Virus record (IMG/VR): IMGVR_UViG_3300037475_000122
Span: 10,143-74,142 of that record
From: a virus
Length of the DNA: 64,000 nucleotides
Reading direction: 5' to 3' (one strand)
Positions 47,532-56,405 of the stretch are shown in pieces; the stretch's first letter is position 1; each line of letters opens with the position of its first letter. The translations under genes were made by a program, and so were the position numbers. The notes below the pieces were generated by a model, which saw only the letters and a program-made list of their open reading frames with translations, was not told the DNA's origin and made no database searches.

Positions 47532-47857
47532 TGCACAAAAAAGATGTCGATTCGTTGATTGTCCTTCGTGATGAGCCAGCGGACGTCCTTAAGGTCCCGA
47601 TTTTCTCCACGACAGGCCCGGCCCCGCTGCGCGCCGAACGTCGCCAGAATTTCCTCCCAGATAAAACTTCGCGGGAGACAATTCGTGTTGTTGCGCGGCA
47701 TAACTAGAAGGTCCAAATCTTTTCGAGACCCGGCCTTGTGTAGCACGCTGCCGCCGATGCTCACATGATACCCCAGAGGGGTCAGCCGTTTTTCCAGCAG
47801 GCGGGCGGCGTCCATACCCTGCCCGAGGTTCCAAGGTTCATTCGCCTTCGCGTTCAT
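47528..47857 (-). CDS. Minimal Pol-beta-type nucleotidyltransferase
   Basis: GGSV..KDLDL..IDIF. Confidence 0.6.
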   Translation of the reverse strand: MNAKANEPWNLGQGMDAARLLEKRLTPLGYHVSIGGSVLHKAGSRKDLDLLVMPRNNTNCLPRSFIWEEILATFGAQRGRACRGENRDLKDVRWLITKDNQRIDIFFVQ

Positions 47858-48054
47858 GAAAAAAGCTCTTGGATGAAGTCGGGGCGGTTCGGTCGGCGCG
47901 TCCTCGGGGGCGGCGGTCCAGCTTTCGGGACGTGCGGCACCCAAATGTGCCCCGGGGGCAAGATGGTTGTCGTCGCCGGTTGCATGCTGGACGAGCCGTG
48001 GGCGTCGTTGATGAGCGCGTTGAACGCGTCGCGATGGTCGAGCAGGTCGGACAT
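47854..48054 (-). CDS. Hypothetical protein
   Basis: MSDLLD start. Confidence 0.4.
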   Translation of the reverse strand: MSDLLDHRDAFNALINDAHGSSSMQPATTTILPPGHIWVPHVPKAGPPPPRTRRPNRPDFIQELFS

Positions 48055-48058
48055 AGCT

Positions 48059-48565
48059 TTAGGAGGTTGGGCCGGTGACCTTGTTGTCACTGTTCGGCTG
48101 AATCACGGGGCCGGGGGTCACCGCGTCAACGCGCGCTTTCGCGGCGTCCAACTCAGCAACAACCGCGTCCGCCTGACCCTCGCCGCAGTGGCCGGGCGCA
48201 CAGCACGCCGGAGTCAAAACGTCGTCGCAGTTCGTGACGATGACGCGGCCCTTGAAGTTTTTCAGGGTGTTCTGAACAGCTTCGGAGAACGTGCCGCCGG
48301 GCTGAGCGTTGCGAACGAGTTGGAGAGTCTGGACCCGAGTCCAAGGCCAGACGGTGATGCGCTCCGACGTCAGGAGAGCCACGCGGCGAGCGGAGAAAAC
48401 TCCGGTCTTCGCATAGGTGTTTTTACCTATGGTGAAGCCGTCGTTGCGTTTGAGGGTGTGAAACCGTTGCCAGCGACGCGGGAGCGCGCGGGGTTTTTTG
48501 GTTGCGGATGTTTCGGTGCTCATGGGTTGTATTAGGTAGGCGGCGAGTGGAAGGAACGGGTCCAT
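48059..48565 (-). CDS. Hypothetical protein
   Basis: 168 aa; start may be 48523. Confidence 0.55.
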   Translation of the reverse strand: MDPFLPLAAYLIQPMSTETSATKKPRALPRRWQRFHTLKRNDGFTIGKNTYAKTGVFSARRVALLTSERITVWPWTRVQTLQLVRNAQPGGTFSEAVQNTLKNFKGRVIVTNCDDVLTPACCAPGHCGEGQADAVVAELDAAKARVDAVTPGPVIQPNSDNKVTGPTS

Positions 48566-49020
48566 CAGGCGAGTTTTTTGGTTGCGTGCAGGCGGCGCGC
48601 TTCGATTTCGGCGTTCGTCTGCTTCAATGCGTGGATGTTCGCGTCCTGATAAGCTTGCAGGCTCTTCCGGAACTGCGAATCGGGGGACAGGGCGCGGAGC
48701 TTGTAACCGGCCCCGGCGGCGCGGCTGGCAAACTGCTTGCGACGACGGCCGAGTTGAACCAACGTGAGCCCGGCCAGCCGTTCGGCCAGCTTCACAGCGG
48801 GCAAGCGGCGGACCTCGGGGGTCGGCATGACGACGATGTCGGCGCGGGTGCGCTTCAGGTAGCGGCGACCGCGAGCCCCGAGGCGTTCGTCAGGGTCACA
48901 GAGCAACGCCGCCGAGGAGGCGAGGTCGATTGTGGAGACAGGACGCCGGGGAAATGACGGGCGTTCAGCCCGGCGGATGGAACGATAGATTTTGGCTTCG
49001 CGTTTGTTTCTGGCACTCAT
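48565..49020 (-). CDS. Arg-rich basic protein
   Basis: 151 aa, own promoter and A-rich leader. Confidence 0.65.
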   Translation of the reverse strand: MSARNKREAKIYRSIRRAERPSFPRRPVSTIDLASSAALLCDPDERLGARGRRYLKRTRADIVVMPTPEVRRLPAVKLAERLAGLTLVQLGRRRKQFASRAAGAGYKLRALSPDSQFRKSLQAYQDANIHALKQTNAEIEARRLHATKKLA

Positions 49021-49059
49021 GGTATTCAGTTTTTGGTTTTTTAGTTAATCAGTCCACGC

Positions 49060-49087
49060 ACTATCGCACGGATTCAGGACTTGTCAA
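49060..49087 (-). promoter_or_regulatory. Early-class promoter (leadered)
   Basis: TTGACA-N16-GATAGT with extended TG. Confidence 0.7.
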
Positions 49088-49766
49088 GTGCGGATTTCGG
49101 ACTTTCGTCGTTCTCAACCGTGACCTTGAAACACTTTTTCGAGGCTTCGTGATAGATGACGATTCCCTCGGGCTTCATGAAGCCGGGGGCGGCGAAGCTG
49201 CCATGGGCGACGAGCATTTCCAGCGAGCGGAATTGATTGCAGTCTTTGAAGTTTCCGCGCCAGAGCGTCGGGACGACATGACAGCAGGCCGGGCCGGGAA
49301 TTCCAGTCTGCAAGTTCACAACACCCGGCGTTGAGGCGTCCGGAGGAACGGCGTTGAAGGTCGCAAAATCGCCCCAGCGGCCGACGTTGAAAAGCGAAAA
49401 GCGTTTCTCTTCGAGACCGTAGCGGCGCTGAATGCCCGCGCCCCACCACTCGCCGAAGTGACGACCAACGCCAAGCTTCACGAGTTCGGAGCGGTTCGCC
49501 TTGACCCACGCGGCAAATCCGGCGTTGTCGCCTTTGCCAAGAGTCAGCCAGCGATTGCGCGAACCGGCCATGACAATCAAGCCATCGCCGCCGCGAGACG
49601 GAACCGACGCGTCGTGGTCCACATTGCTGGGGTGCGACCAATCCCCGCTTTCGGAGATGAGGATTTGCGCGTTCGTGCCGTCGATTTTTTCCGTGATGAC
49701 GACCTCGCGATTGAGGCGCGCCATTTTCGGAAACTCGATGAAATCGAGGGGGCCTTGTTCGTTCAC
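49074..49766 (-). CDS. RNA ligase (Rnl2-like adenylation domain)
   Basis: TEKIDGTN, SR, FGEW.G.GIQ, F.LF, EGIV. Confidence 0.85.
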   Translation of the reverse strand: MNEQGPLDFIEFPKMARLNREVVITEKIDGTNAQILISESGDWSHPSNVDHDASVPSRGGDGLIVMAGSRNRWLTLGKGDNAGFAAWVKANRSELVKLGVGRHFGEWWGAGIQRRYGLEEKRFSLFNVGRWGDFATFNAVPPDASTPGVVNLQTGIPGPACCHVVPTLWRGNFKDCNQFRSLEMLVAHGSFAAPGFMKPEGIVIYHEASKKCFKVTVENDESPKSALDKS

Positions 49767-50386
49767 TTGACCACCTCCTTTGCAGCCGGGGCCGGAGGAC
49801 GAGTCACCGGGGCCGTCGGCATCTTCACCACGGGGACCGCGTCAGGAATGACGGGCCGGGTGCGAAGCGTGATGGCGTGCGCGTCGTGGCCGAGGACTTC
49901 CTTGATGATGCGCGGAAGTTCAGTGACCGCAAGCTGCGGTTGGATGACGTTGGAAAAGGGAATCGCGGTCGAGCCCATTTTGACCCGTGGAATCAGCACA
50001 ATTCCGATGTTGCCCGCGCCACGGTTGAACGTCAGCATGATTTTGCAGGGCGTGCTACAGAAAAACACATGCCCCACGTTGCGGCTTGTGCGCGGCTCCT
50101 CGTTGGTGTCGTTCGGGTCGAACAACTGGCGCAGCGTGCGGCCGTCGTCGAGGTCGATGTATCCGGGGTCCTCGGCCGGGTCGCGCTGCTCGACGATTGA
50201 GCCGGTGCGGACGATTTTGGTGGGGTCGGCCTTCGGATGCCGCTTCGCGATGGCGTTCGCGAGCGCGCGATATTCAGCAGGGCCGTTGCCGACACACGGG
50301 ACTTCGACAGAGTCCGGGCCGAAGCCGGGGACCTCGTAGAAGCCGACGATAAAAACGTTGGGGACTGGTTCGGGGGTGTTACTCAT
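49763..50386 (-). CDS. Hypothetical protein
   Basis: MSNTPEP start. Confidence 0.6.
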   Translation of the reverse strand: MSNTPEPVPNVFIVGFYEVPGFGPDSVEVPCVGNGPAEYRALANAIAKRHPKADPTKIVRTGSIVEQRDPAEDPGYIDLDDGRTLRQLFDPNDTNEEPRTSRNVGHVFFCSTPCKIMLTFNRGAGNIGIVLIPRVKMGSTAIPFSNVIQPQLAVTELPRIIKEVLGHDAHAITLRTRPVIPDAVPVVKMPTAPVTRPPAPAAKEVVK

Positions 50387-50895
50387 TTTTCGGGTGTGGG
50401 TTTTTTGGGAGTGATGACGATGCACTTGTCCTCGCCACGTTGGCGGAGACGATACGGCGTAAGACTTTTGTGGACGGCGTCCCGGGCGACTGCGATGCGG
50501 CGCTCCTGTTCTTTCAACTGGTTTATTTCGATGATGCGGGCGCGATTCTCGGCGGTGTCCTCGCGGAGTTCACAAGCGGGAATCTTCCGGCGGCTTCCGT
50601 TATACTTCACCCAGAGTTCACGAGAAGCGACCTCCCCCCGGTAAGTGACCTTTGCCGGGTCATCGTCGCAGTAACTCAACACCTCGCACTCGTGGACCCC
50701 ATTGTAGTCAACATAGAGCGCCGGATGCCGGTCGAAATCTGCGTCGCGTTTAAACGTCTCGTCAACGGCCTTCTTTGCATGGGCCAGAGAAGACCGGGCA
50801 GTCAGACGACTTTGGCCGATGGTGACTTCCCACGTATTGTCGCGCTCCCAATACTCAATTTTTGCGCCCCGGTATTCGACAGCAATTTCGCTCAT
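50383..50895 (-). CDS. Hypothetical protein
   Basis: 170 aa, coupled overlaps. Confidence 0.65.
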   Translation of the reverse strand: MSEIAVEYRGAKIEYWERDNTWEVTIGQSRLTARSSLAHAKKAVDETFKRDADFDRHPALYVDYNGVHECEVLSYCDDDPAKVTYRGEVASRELWVKYNGSRRKIPACELREDTAENRARIIEINQLKEQERRIAVARDAVHKSLTPYRLRQRGEDKCIVITPKKPTPEK

Positions 50896-51095
50896 TTTTT
50901 CTTCGGGTAAAGGCTGGTCCTGATGGTGACCTTCTGCAAAGCGGGGTGAAGGAGTCGCAGTGCGGCGACCCCCTCGCCCCCGAGGGTTGGCAGGAGAAGG
51001 ACGGCGCTATTTTTTGGCGAGACGCGAGCCGGAATTCCGGACTTGCGTAGGTCGCACGCGATAGCGCCGAGAAATGTTTTGGAGACGAACGGCAT
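50892..51095 (-). CDS. Hypothetical protein
   Basis: MPFVSK start directly after promoter. Confidence 0.55.
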   Translation of the reverse strand: MPFVSKTFLGAIACDLRKSGIPARVSPKNSAVLLLPTLGGEGVAALRLLHPALQKVTIRTSLYPKKK

Positions 51096-51313
51096 TATTT
51101 TACGGTCCCACACAGCGGCGGGGATGTCAAGGGTTTTTCGAGTTCAGAGCGCACAAGGTTTATGTATTTGTCGAGGTCGCGGATGTAAGTCAACATGCTT
51201 TCCAGTTGCGCCCGGTCATCCCAGAGCAAGGTCCATGCCTGAATCCGGACGACCTTCGCCCCCTGCGACTTCAAGGCGGCGACAAGCTTAACGGTGAAAC
51301 ATTCATTCACCAC
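51095..51313 (-). CDS. Hypothetical protein
   Basis: About 72 aa, GTG start. Confidence 0.5.
   Translation of the reverse strand: MVNECFTVKLVAALKSQGAKVVRIQAWTLLWDDRAQLESMLTYIRDLDKYINLVRSELEKPLTSPPLCGTVK
51102..51130 (-). promoter_or_regulatory. Early-class leaderless promoter
   Basis: TTGACA-N17-GACCGT-N6-ATG with extended TG. Confidence 0.6.
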
Positions 51314-51482
51314 GGATGACCTCCCGGTAGAAGCTGACCGCGAGGAAGCACAGGACGGGGCAGAGGAGGGCCAGCAATGCGGCCGTTCCGTATCCGTCGG
51401 GCAGTGCTGCGGCGAGCAGGCAGAACATCATGTAAAGGCCCGCGCAGGCCATCTTTTCGGACTCGGGTCGAATTCTTTTCAT
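51303..51482 (-). CDS. Small membrane protein
   Basis: MKRIRP start, two hydrophobic segments. Confidence 0.55.
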   Translation of the reverse strand: MKRIRPESEKMACAGLYMMFCLLAAALPDGYGTAALLALLCPVLCFLAVSFYREVIRGE

Positions 51483-51487
51483 GGTGC

Positions 51488-51515
51488 AAGGTATCACAGT
51501 TTCGGCGGTTGTCAA
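51488..51515 (-). promoter_or_regulatory. Leaderless promoter
   Basis: TTGACA-N16-TACCTT-N5-ATG with extended TG. Confidence 0.7.
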
Positions 51516-51784
51516 GCGATGTAGCAAACGGCCTCGTAGGTTCCGGAGTCCATCCGATAGACGTTCAGAGTCAATCCGCGTTTCGCCATCCGGCCCGCGA
51601 TGACCTTGCCCTTGTATTCCGAGAGCAATCCAGCCCGGCGGACGGTCTGCCCGTAATTCACGCCGCCGAAGGTGAACGGATAGAAAAAGTCTTCCGGGTC
51701 GGCCAGCACGGAGCGGGTCTCGACGAGGTAAGCCCGCACGGCATCGAGTGCTTCGGAGAGGGTCTTGAAGAAGTTTTCTTTCAT
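51512..51784 (-). CDS. Early hypothetical protein
   Basis: 90 aa; FKTLSEAL..YRMDSG.YE..CY. Confidence 0.7.
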   Translation of the reverse strand: MKENFFKTLSEALDAVRAYLVETRSVLADPEDFFYPFTFGGVNYGQTVRRAGLLSEYKGKVIAGRMAKRGLTLNVYRMDSGTYEAVCYIA

Positions 51785-51790
51785 GCCGAA

Positions 51791-51819
51791 ACTATCGCAC
51801 AGCGCGGGGCGGTTGTCAA
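51791..51819 (-). promoter_or_regulatory. Early-class leaderless promoter
   Basis: TTGACA-N17-GATAGT-N6-ATG. Confidence 0.8.
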
Positions 51820-52037
51820 ATTATTTCGGTCTCTCGAACGAATCTTTTGTGCGCCCCGGGATTCTCCGTCGGCTGCACGAGGTAGCCGTGCGGGTGCTCC
51901 CGATTTCTCCACGGGCAGGCCGGGTCTTGCGAATCTTCGACCTCAACGACCTTGCATTTGACCGTCTGCCCCTGCGGGCGAGTCCACCACGCGCGGACGG
52001 AGACGACCTCCCCTAGGGTGTAGCGCGGCGGGTTCAT
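51816..52037 (-). CDS. Early hypothetical protein
   Basis: MNPPRY start. Confidence 0.55.
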   Translation of the reverse strand: MNPPRYTLGEVVSVRAWWTRPQGQTVKCKVVEVEDSQDPACPWRNREHPHGYLVQPTENPGAHKRFVRETEII

Positions 52038-52336
52038 TTGACGTTCAGGTGGTCGGCGCATCCGATGATGTCCCCAAAGGAGAAGGACGGCGGATTGCCA
52101 ATGGCCGGGGCGTCCTCGCGCTGCGGCCGAATTCCGGTCTCGGCCTCATGGACCCGGGCGACGGCGTTTAGCGGATTCACTGTGCGCGGCGGCAGTTGTG
52201 GCGGCAGTTCGCGCGCCAGCCGGAGGGCTTCCCCCTCGGGGATGCGGTCCCAAGTGTCCTTGCCGTCCACCGTGTAAACGGCGTGCCAGAGGGTGTCGTA
52301 AGAAGTTTTTCGGATTGTGTGATACTTTGTTTTCAT
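52034..52336 (-). CDS. Early hypothetical protein
   Basis: 100 aa, coupled. Confidence 0.6.
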   Translation of the reverse strand: MKTKYHTIRKTSYDTLWHAVYTVDGKDTWDRIPEGEALRLARELPPQLPPRTVNPLNAVARVHEAETGIRPQREDAPAIGNPPSFSFGDIIGCADHLNVK

Positions 52337-52521
52337 GAGATGATGTTCACCGCGAGTCTGTTGAAAAGTTCTTTGTGGGCGGCAGCTTCCCGGACGTTAG
52401 AAAACTTCTTCCGGATGTAAAGGTCGATTCCGATTGTGACGCTGCCCCGGTCGAGTTTCTTCGACTCGCCCCACCACGAGGGCCGGAACTTGCCCGCGCG
52501 GGAATGGTGAAAGAGGTTCAT
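52333..52521 (-). CDS. Early hypothetical protein
   Basis: MNLFHH start, coupled. Confidence 0.5.
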   Translation of the reverse strand: MNLFHHSRAGKFRPSWWGESKKLDRGSVTIGIDLYIRKKFSNVREAAAHKELFNRLAVNIIS

Positions 52522-52799
52522 TTTAGGTTCACGAGGCCGTGTATGATGCCGAGAGTTTCCCGGCGGGTGTATTCGTTCATCGTGGAGAGGAACAGTGACG
52601 CGACCTTCTCCGCGTCCTCGCATCGAAAATACATGTAGGCCAGCCCGTCCACTGCGGCCTTCCGCATTGCCTCGGGTTTCGCCCAGAACCGGCGGTCACC
52701 CATGAACTCGCGCATGCGGTTCAGTTCCTCAAGGAACTCCGTTTCCGTGAACGGCCCGGCGGTCTCCCGCCCCGGTGTGTTGAGGGTTGCGGCGTTCAT
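52518..52799 (-). CDS. Early hypothetical protein
   Basis: MNAATL start, coupled. Confidence 0.55.
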   Translation of the reverse strand: MNAATLNTPGRETAGPFTETEFLEELNRMREFMGDRRFWAKPEAMRKAAVDGLAYMYFRCEDAEKVASLFLSTMNEYTRRETLGIIHGLVNLK

Positions 52800-53218
52800 C
52801 GGAGATAAGCGGCACCGAACGAGGTGACCGCGTTGTTCCACCAGTTTTCCCAAGTGCCGATGCGGATGTTGCCCCGGGCGTGCTTCGCGGCCTTGTTCAT
52901 CCCCTCGGCCTTCAGGATGTCGCCGTTGCTCATGTCGATGAACAGGCAGACCGAAACGTGAGTGCGGCCGATTTCGCGCCCGTCCTGAAGTCCGGCTTCC
53001 GTGACGTGCAACAGCTTGGCCTTTTTCGGGCCGGTGCTCACTTCGAGGACGCGCCAGTTGACGGGGCAGTTAGGATAATCCTCGTGGCCCTCGGCGTTGA
53101 TGAGAGCGGAGTATCGGGAGGCGAAGTCGAACAACTCGACCTCGGAGACCGGCCCCCGGGAGCGCGCCTCGTTCATCGCGGCGACCCAATTTGAAACTTG
53201 TTCAGGAGTGTTTTTCAT
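52796..53218 (-). CDS. Conserved early phage protein
   Basis: SV..FID..NGDILKA....AAKHARGNI..GAAYLR. Confidence 0.7.
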   Translation of the reverse strand: MKNTPEQVSNWVAAMNEARSRGPVSEVELFDFASRYSALINAEGHEDYPNCPVNWRVLEVSTGPKKAKLLHVTEAGLQDGREIGRTHVSVCLFIDMSNGDILKAEGMNKAAKHARGNIRIGTWENWWNNAVTSFGAAYLR

Positions 53219-53224
53219 GTCGAT

Positions 53225-53253
53225 ACATTAGCGCACCTCGGCACCTTTGTCAA
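53225..53253 (-). promoter_or_regulatory. Early-class leaderless promoter
   Basis: TTGACA-N17-TAATGT-N6-ATG. Confidence 0.8.
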
Positions 53254-53261
53254 ATTTTATT

Positions 53262-54080
53262 TTAGAGAACCGCCACGATTTCGCAGCGGCGGCAGCAGGC
53301 CGCGTGCTGGTTGCAGAGGCACAGAAGGAGGTCTTCCGCGCTCTTCGCCCCGGCGACGTAGTCCGTGCGCTTCACAGAGTAGCCGGTCATCGGGTGCCCA
53401 ATGACGGAGAACTCGGCGACGACGTAGGACTTCGGGAAAAACTCAACCCAAAACTGCGGGTTGTGGACCCGGGCCGCGCAGAAGTCGGGGTGAGCCGCTG
53501 CGGCTTCGCGGATGGTGCGGAAGCTGCGGACAACGACGTTGAACCGGGCCAGCACGTCATCGGCTTCGTTGTTGGCCGCTGCGGTCTTGTTCATCTCCAA
53601 CTTGTGCAGGGCCGTCTTGCACTCGCTCAGAAGCCGCCCGTGCGTGATTTCGGATTGAATCGCGAAGTTGGTCCACGCGTCGGAACGGTCGGGGCTGTTG
53701 TCCGCGTAACGCAGGCGGAGGTCAAGGCGCTCGAAGTCGAACAGCTTGGCGCGAATCTTGCGGGCCTCGGAGATGCGGGCGCAGCGGGCGAAATAGACTT
53801 CCAGCTTGTCGGCCCCTACGGCAACGGCGGCTTCCTTCAGGAGGGCCGGGGTGAGTTTCTGGGAGACCTTGCCAGAGCCGGAGCATTGAAAGCAGGTCGT
53901 GCCATAGGCTTGGCAGTAAGAATACTGGCCGCAGCCCCCGCAGCGTCCGCAGGTCTGTTCGAGGCCGATTCCGATGAGCCGCTGTTGAACCTTCTTAACC
54001 GCGTGCGCCTCGCTCAGGGCGGCATTGACGCGGAGCAGCGTGCGAAACTCCGGGAGGAGAGTAAGTTCTTTTTTGTTCAT
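53262..54080 (-). CDS. Early protein with DnaJ-type CxxCxGxG zinc finger
   Basis: CGRCGGCG..CFQCSGSG; start at 54080 set by the promoter. Confidence 0.65.
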   Translation of the reverse strand: MNKKELTLLPEFRTLLRVNAALSEAHAVKKVQQRLIGIGLEQTCGRCGGCGQYSYCQAYGTTCFQCSGSGKVSQKLTPALLKEAAVAVGADKLEVYFARCARISEARKIRAKLFDFERLDLRLRYADNSPDRSDAWTNFAIQSEITHGRLLSECKTALHKLEMNKTAAANNEADDVLARFNVVVRSFRTIREAAAAHPDFCAARVHNPQFWVEFFPKSYVVAEFSVIGHPMTGYSVKRTDYVAGAKSAEDLLLCLCNQHAACCRRCEIVAVL

Positions 54081-54086
54081 GCCGAC

Positions 54087-54115
54087 ATTATCGCACAGCG
54101 CGCGGCAGTTGTCAA
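54087..54115 (-). promoter_or_regulatory. Early-class leaderless promoter
   Basis: TTGACA-N17-GATAAT-N6-ATG. Confidence 0.8.
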
Positions 54116-54390
54116 GCGGGAATGATTTCCCATTTTGTGAACGGGCCGGGGCAGGTGAAGCCCTCAAGCTTCGGGCCGGTTTTCTGCGAGACGAACAGGC
54201 ATTGAAAGCCGTTCAGCTTAAGCCAGCGGTGCGCCGCTTCGGCGTCCGGGAAGCGTTTGGCCTCGGCCTTGTGCGTCACCGCGAACGAGTGGTCAAAAGT
54301 CTTGTGGCGGGTCTGCCCGTAGCGGTAAATCGGGGGCGCGTCGGTGTCGATAGCGCGCCGAAGGGTGAGCCGGACAACACACGCGCTCAT
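54112..54390 (-). CDS. Early hypothetical protein
   Basis: MSACVV start, coupled. Confidence 0.55.
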   Translation of the reverse strand: MSACVVRLTLRRAIDTDAPPIYRYGQTRHKTFDHSFAVTHKAEAKRFPDAEAAHRWLKLNGFQCLFVSQKTGPKLEGFTCPGPFTKWEIIPA

Positions 54391-54656
54391 CGGGTCAGTG
54401 CCCTTTCCAGCACGCATCCGACAGCGGCATCGAGTCCGCCCTCGGCCGCATAGAATGACGCGGTGAACCGGCCCGGGACGCCACGAAAAGCGCGCCAAGG
54501 GTTGATTTCGGTTCGGGTGTTGCGGAACCGGGAGACCGTGCCCGCTTCGAGCGCGCCGACTTTGACACAATACACGGCTTCCGAGGAGCACGGGCGGCTA
54601 ACCAGCACGAGTTGGACGTCGGCCAGCACGGGGGATTTGAGAGCGGGTGTTTTCAT
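54387..54656 (-). CDS. Early hypothetical protein
   Basis: MKTPAL start after promoter. Confidence 0.6.
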   Translation of the reverse strand: MKTPALKSPVLADVQLVLVSRPCSSEAVYCVKVGALEAGTVSRFRNTRTEINPWRAFRGVPGRFTASFYAAEGGLDAAVGCVLERALTR

Positions 54657-54662
54657 GGCGAC

Positions 54663-54691
54663 AAGATAGCCCATCATGGGCCGGTTGTCAA
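54663..54691 (-). promoter_or_regulatory. Early-class leaderless promoter
   Basis: TTGACA-N17-TATCTT-N6-ATG. Confidence 0.8.
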
Positions 54692-54694
54692 GTT

Positions 54695-55183
54695 TTAGTT
54701 GTTGTCGTGTTCGCCAAATCCGCACAAGCGGCGTTCGGCCTGATGCAGTTCGTCGCGGACGGATTTGACGGCGGCGCGAGCGGCGGCGATTTCCTCGGCG
54801 CTGTAGTTGGTCCGGCAGTAGGCGGAGGTGGGCGGTTCGGCCAGCTTCGTAAGGGTCTTGCCGTCGATGTCGCCGAGGTTGACCGTCTGCGTTTCGTAAA
54901 CGCAGCCCTTGTCGTGCCCGACGCACGTCCGGAACTCGGCGCGGAACCAATAGCGTTCGGCGCGGATGATGACCTGAAGCTGCCCGTTGACGGGGCAGGA
55001 GTCCGGCAGGTTCAGCGCGTCGAGCGCCTTTTGCAGCTTGGCGGTTTTGCCGCCGGTTTGAAGGAGGACCGACTGCCCGAGGAACGGGGCGAGGGCGGCG
55101 ATGATACGCGGGCCGTATTCGAGGGCGGCGGCGTTGGCGAGGTTGCGGGCTTCGACTTTGGCTTGGAGACGTGTGTTATTCAT
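54695..55183 (-). CDS. Early hypothetical protein
   Basis: 162 aa. Confidence 0.7.
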   Translation of the reverse strand: MNNTRLQAKVEARNLANAAALEYGPRIIAALAPFLGQSVLLQTGGKTAKLQKALDALNLPDSCPVNGQLQVIIRAERYWFRAEFRTCVGHDKGCVYETQTVNLGDIDGKTLTKLAEPPTSAYCRTNYSAEEIAAARAAVKSVRDELHQAERRLCGFGEHDNN

Positions 55184-55189
55184 GCCGAT

Positions 55190-55218
55190 ACAATATCACG
55201 GGACCTTGCGGTTGTCAA
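55190..55218 (-). promoter_or_regulatory. Early-class leaderless promoter
   Basis: TTGACA-N17-TATTGT-N6-ATG. Confidence 0.8.
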
Positions 55219-55219
55219 A

Positions 55220-55597
55220 TTATTTCAGCAAAAAAGTTTCGAGCCATGCGCGGGCGGCTTCCGGCATCTCCGGCCCGTTCGTCGCGCCGCAAACAGTTGT
55301 CGTGCCAACCAGCGGGCCGGAAACATCGGCCGGGAATTCCCGGACCTTCCGGCCGTTCACATAGCCGTTCCAGTTGCCCCACTGATTCTGCTTCACCGTC
55401 GGCTTGTAGCGGTTGGGGTCCTCCGTCACCCGGGCCAGTTCTTCAACCAGCCGGTCGAGTGCGGCCGGGCTGGGGTCGAGCAGGATTGCGCGGCCTTCTC
55501 CGTCGTGGCCCATGCGGTCATCGAGCACTAGCGCAATCGCGCGGCGGCGAAAGGCGGGGCCGTCCATCTCATGAAAAGGAGTTGCTAGAGCGTTCAT
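55220..55597 (-). CDS. Early hypothetical protein
   Basis: MNALAT start; NQWGNWNGY. Confidence 0.6.
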   Translation of the reverse strand: MNALATPFHEMDGPAFRRRAIALVLDDRMGHDGEGRAILLDPSPAALDRLVEELARVTEDPNRYKPTVKQNQWGNWNGYVNGRKVREFPADVSGPLVGTTTVCGATNGPEMPEAARAWLETFLLK

Positions 55598-55983
55598 GCC
55601 GTGGTGATTTTGGATTTGTCGAGCGTGGCGTGATTGTCGGAGTTGAGATTTGTCCAGCACGTTTTAACCAGCCCGTCGCGCGGGGTCTCGATGGCGATTG
55701 CCAGCACGAGGGACCGCTCTTTGGGGTCGTTGGGGACCGGGCGGCGCACAACGATTTTCAAGACGTGGTTCAGGTGGTTCGTCTCCACTTCGACGAGTTG
55801 CCAGCCCTCGGCCAGCTTGAACGTCCGCGCATAGTCGGCAGTCTTCAAGACGCCGTAGTGGTCGCGCACGGCTTCGAGCATCGCGTGCCGGGTCCATCGC
55901 AGCGCGAGGTTGTAGCCCTTCACGAGGTTGACGATAGGTTCGGGGATTCCGACGGCGGCGTTGAAAAGCTTGGTGTTGTTCAT
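55594..55983 (-). CDS. Early phage protein, possible BECR/RelE-like RNase fold
   Basis: WTRHA..KIVVR..LVLAI..VKTCWTN..D.H.TLD. Confidence 0.5.
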   Translation of the reverse strand: MNNTKLFNAAVGIPEPIVNLVKGYNLALRWTRHAMLEAVRDHYGVLKTADYARTFKLAEGWQLVEVETNHLNHVLKIVVRRPVPNDPKERSLVLAIAIETPRDGLVKTCWTNLNSDNHATLDKSKITTA

Positions 55984-55989
55984 GGTCGT

Positions 55990-56017
55990 ATTATAGCACG
56001 GGCACCGCGTTTGTCAA
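55990..56017 (-). promoter_or_regulatory. Early-class leaderless promoter (perfect consensus)
   Basis: TTGACA-N16-TATAAT-N6-ATG with extended TG. Confidence 0.85.
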
Positions 56018-56364
56018 TACGTGGCCGTCGTTGTGGGTTGCTTGCGGCCGGACCACGTCTCATAGTGGATGTCGGTCACCTTGTCAAGTCCATCGTCGCA
56101 GGTGTAATCTGACACAATGACGCCGGGCTCGTTGCCGAGCACGAGGTAAAGGTTCAGCCGTTTGCCTTCCGGGGACCGGACCCCGAGGGCGGCTTCGTCA
56201 CACGCAATCAAGTTTTCAATGAAGGTGTCGAGGTTGCCGTCAAATTTGAAGGTCTCCTCGCCGTTGTTACCGCACAGCAGAACGAAGCCAGCGGCGGTCA
56301 AGGTGTTCAGGAGGCTCAGGGTTTCCGGCTTCCAGTCGTTGATAATTCGGGGGGTGTTATTCAT
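56014..56364 (-). CDS. Early hypothetical protein
   Basis: MNNTPR start after promoter. Confidence 0.7.
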   Translation of the reverse strand: MNNTPRIINDWKPETLSLLNTLTAAGFVLLCGNNGEETFKFDGNLDTFIENLIACDEAALGVRSPEGKRLNLYLVLGNEPGVIVSDYTCDDGLDKVTDIHYETWSGRKQPTTTATY

Positions 56365-56370
56365 GGCAAG

Positions 56371-56399
56371 AGTATCGCACAGCGGGCGCACGTTGTCAA
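56371..56399 (-). promoter_or_regulatory. Early-class leaderless promoter
   Basis: TTGACA-N17-GATACT-N6-ATG. Confidence 0.8.
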
Positions 56400-56405
56400 A
56401 TTATT

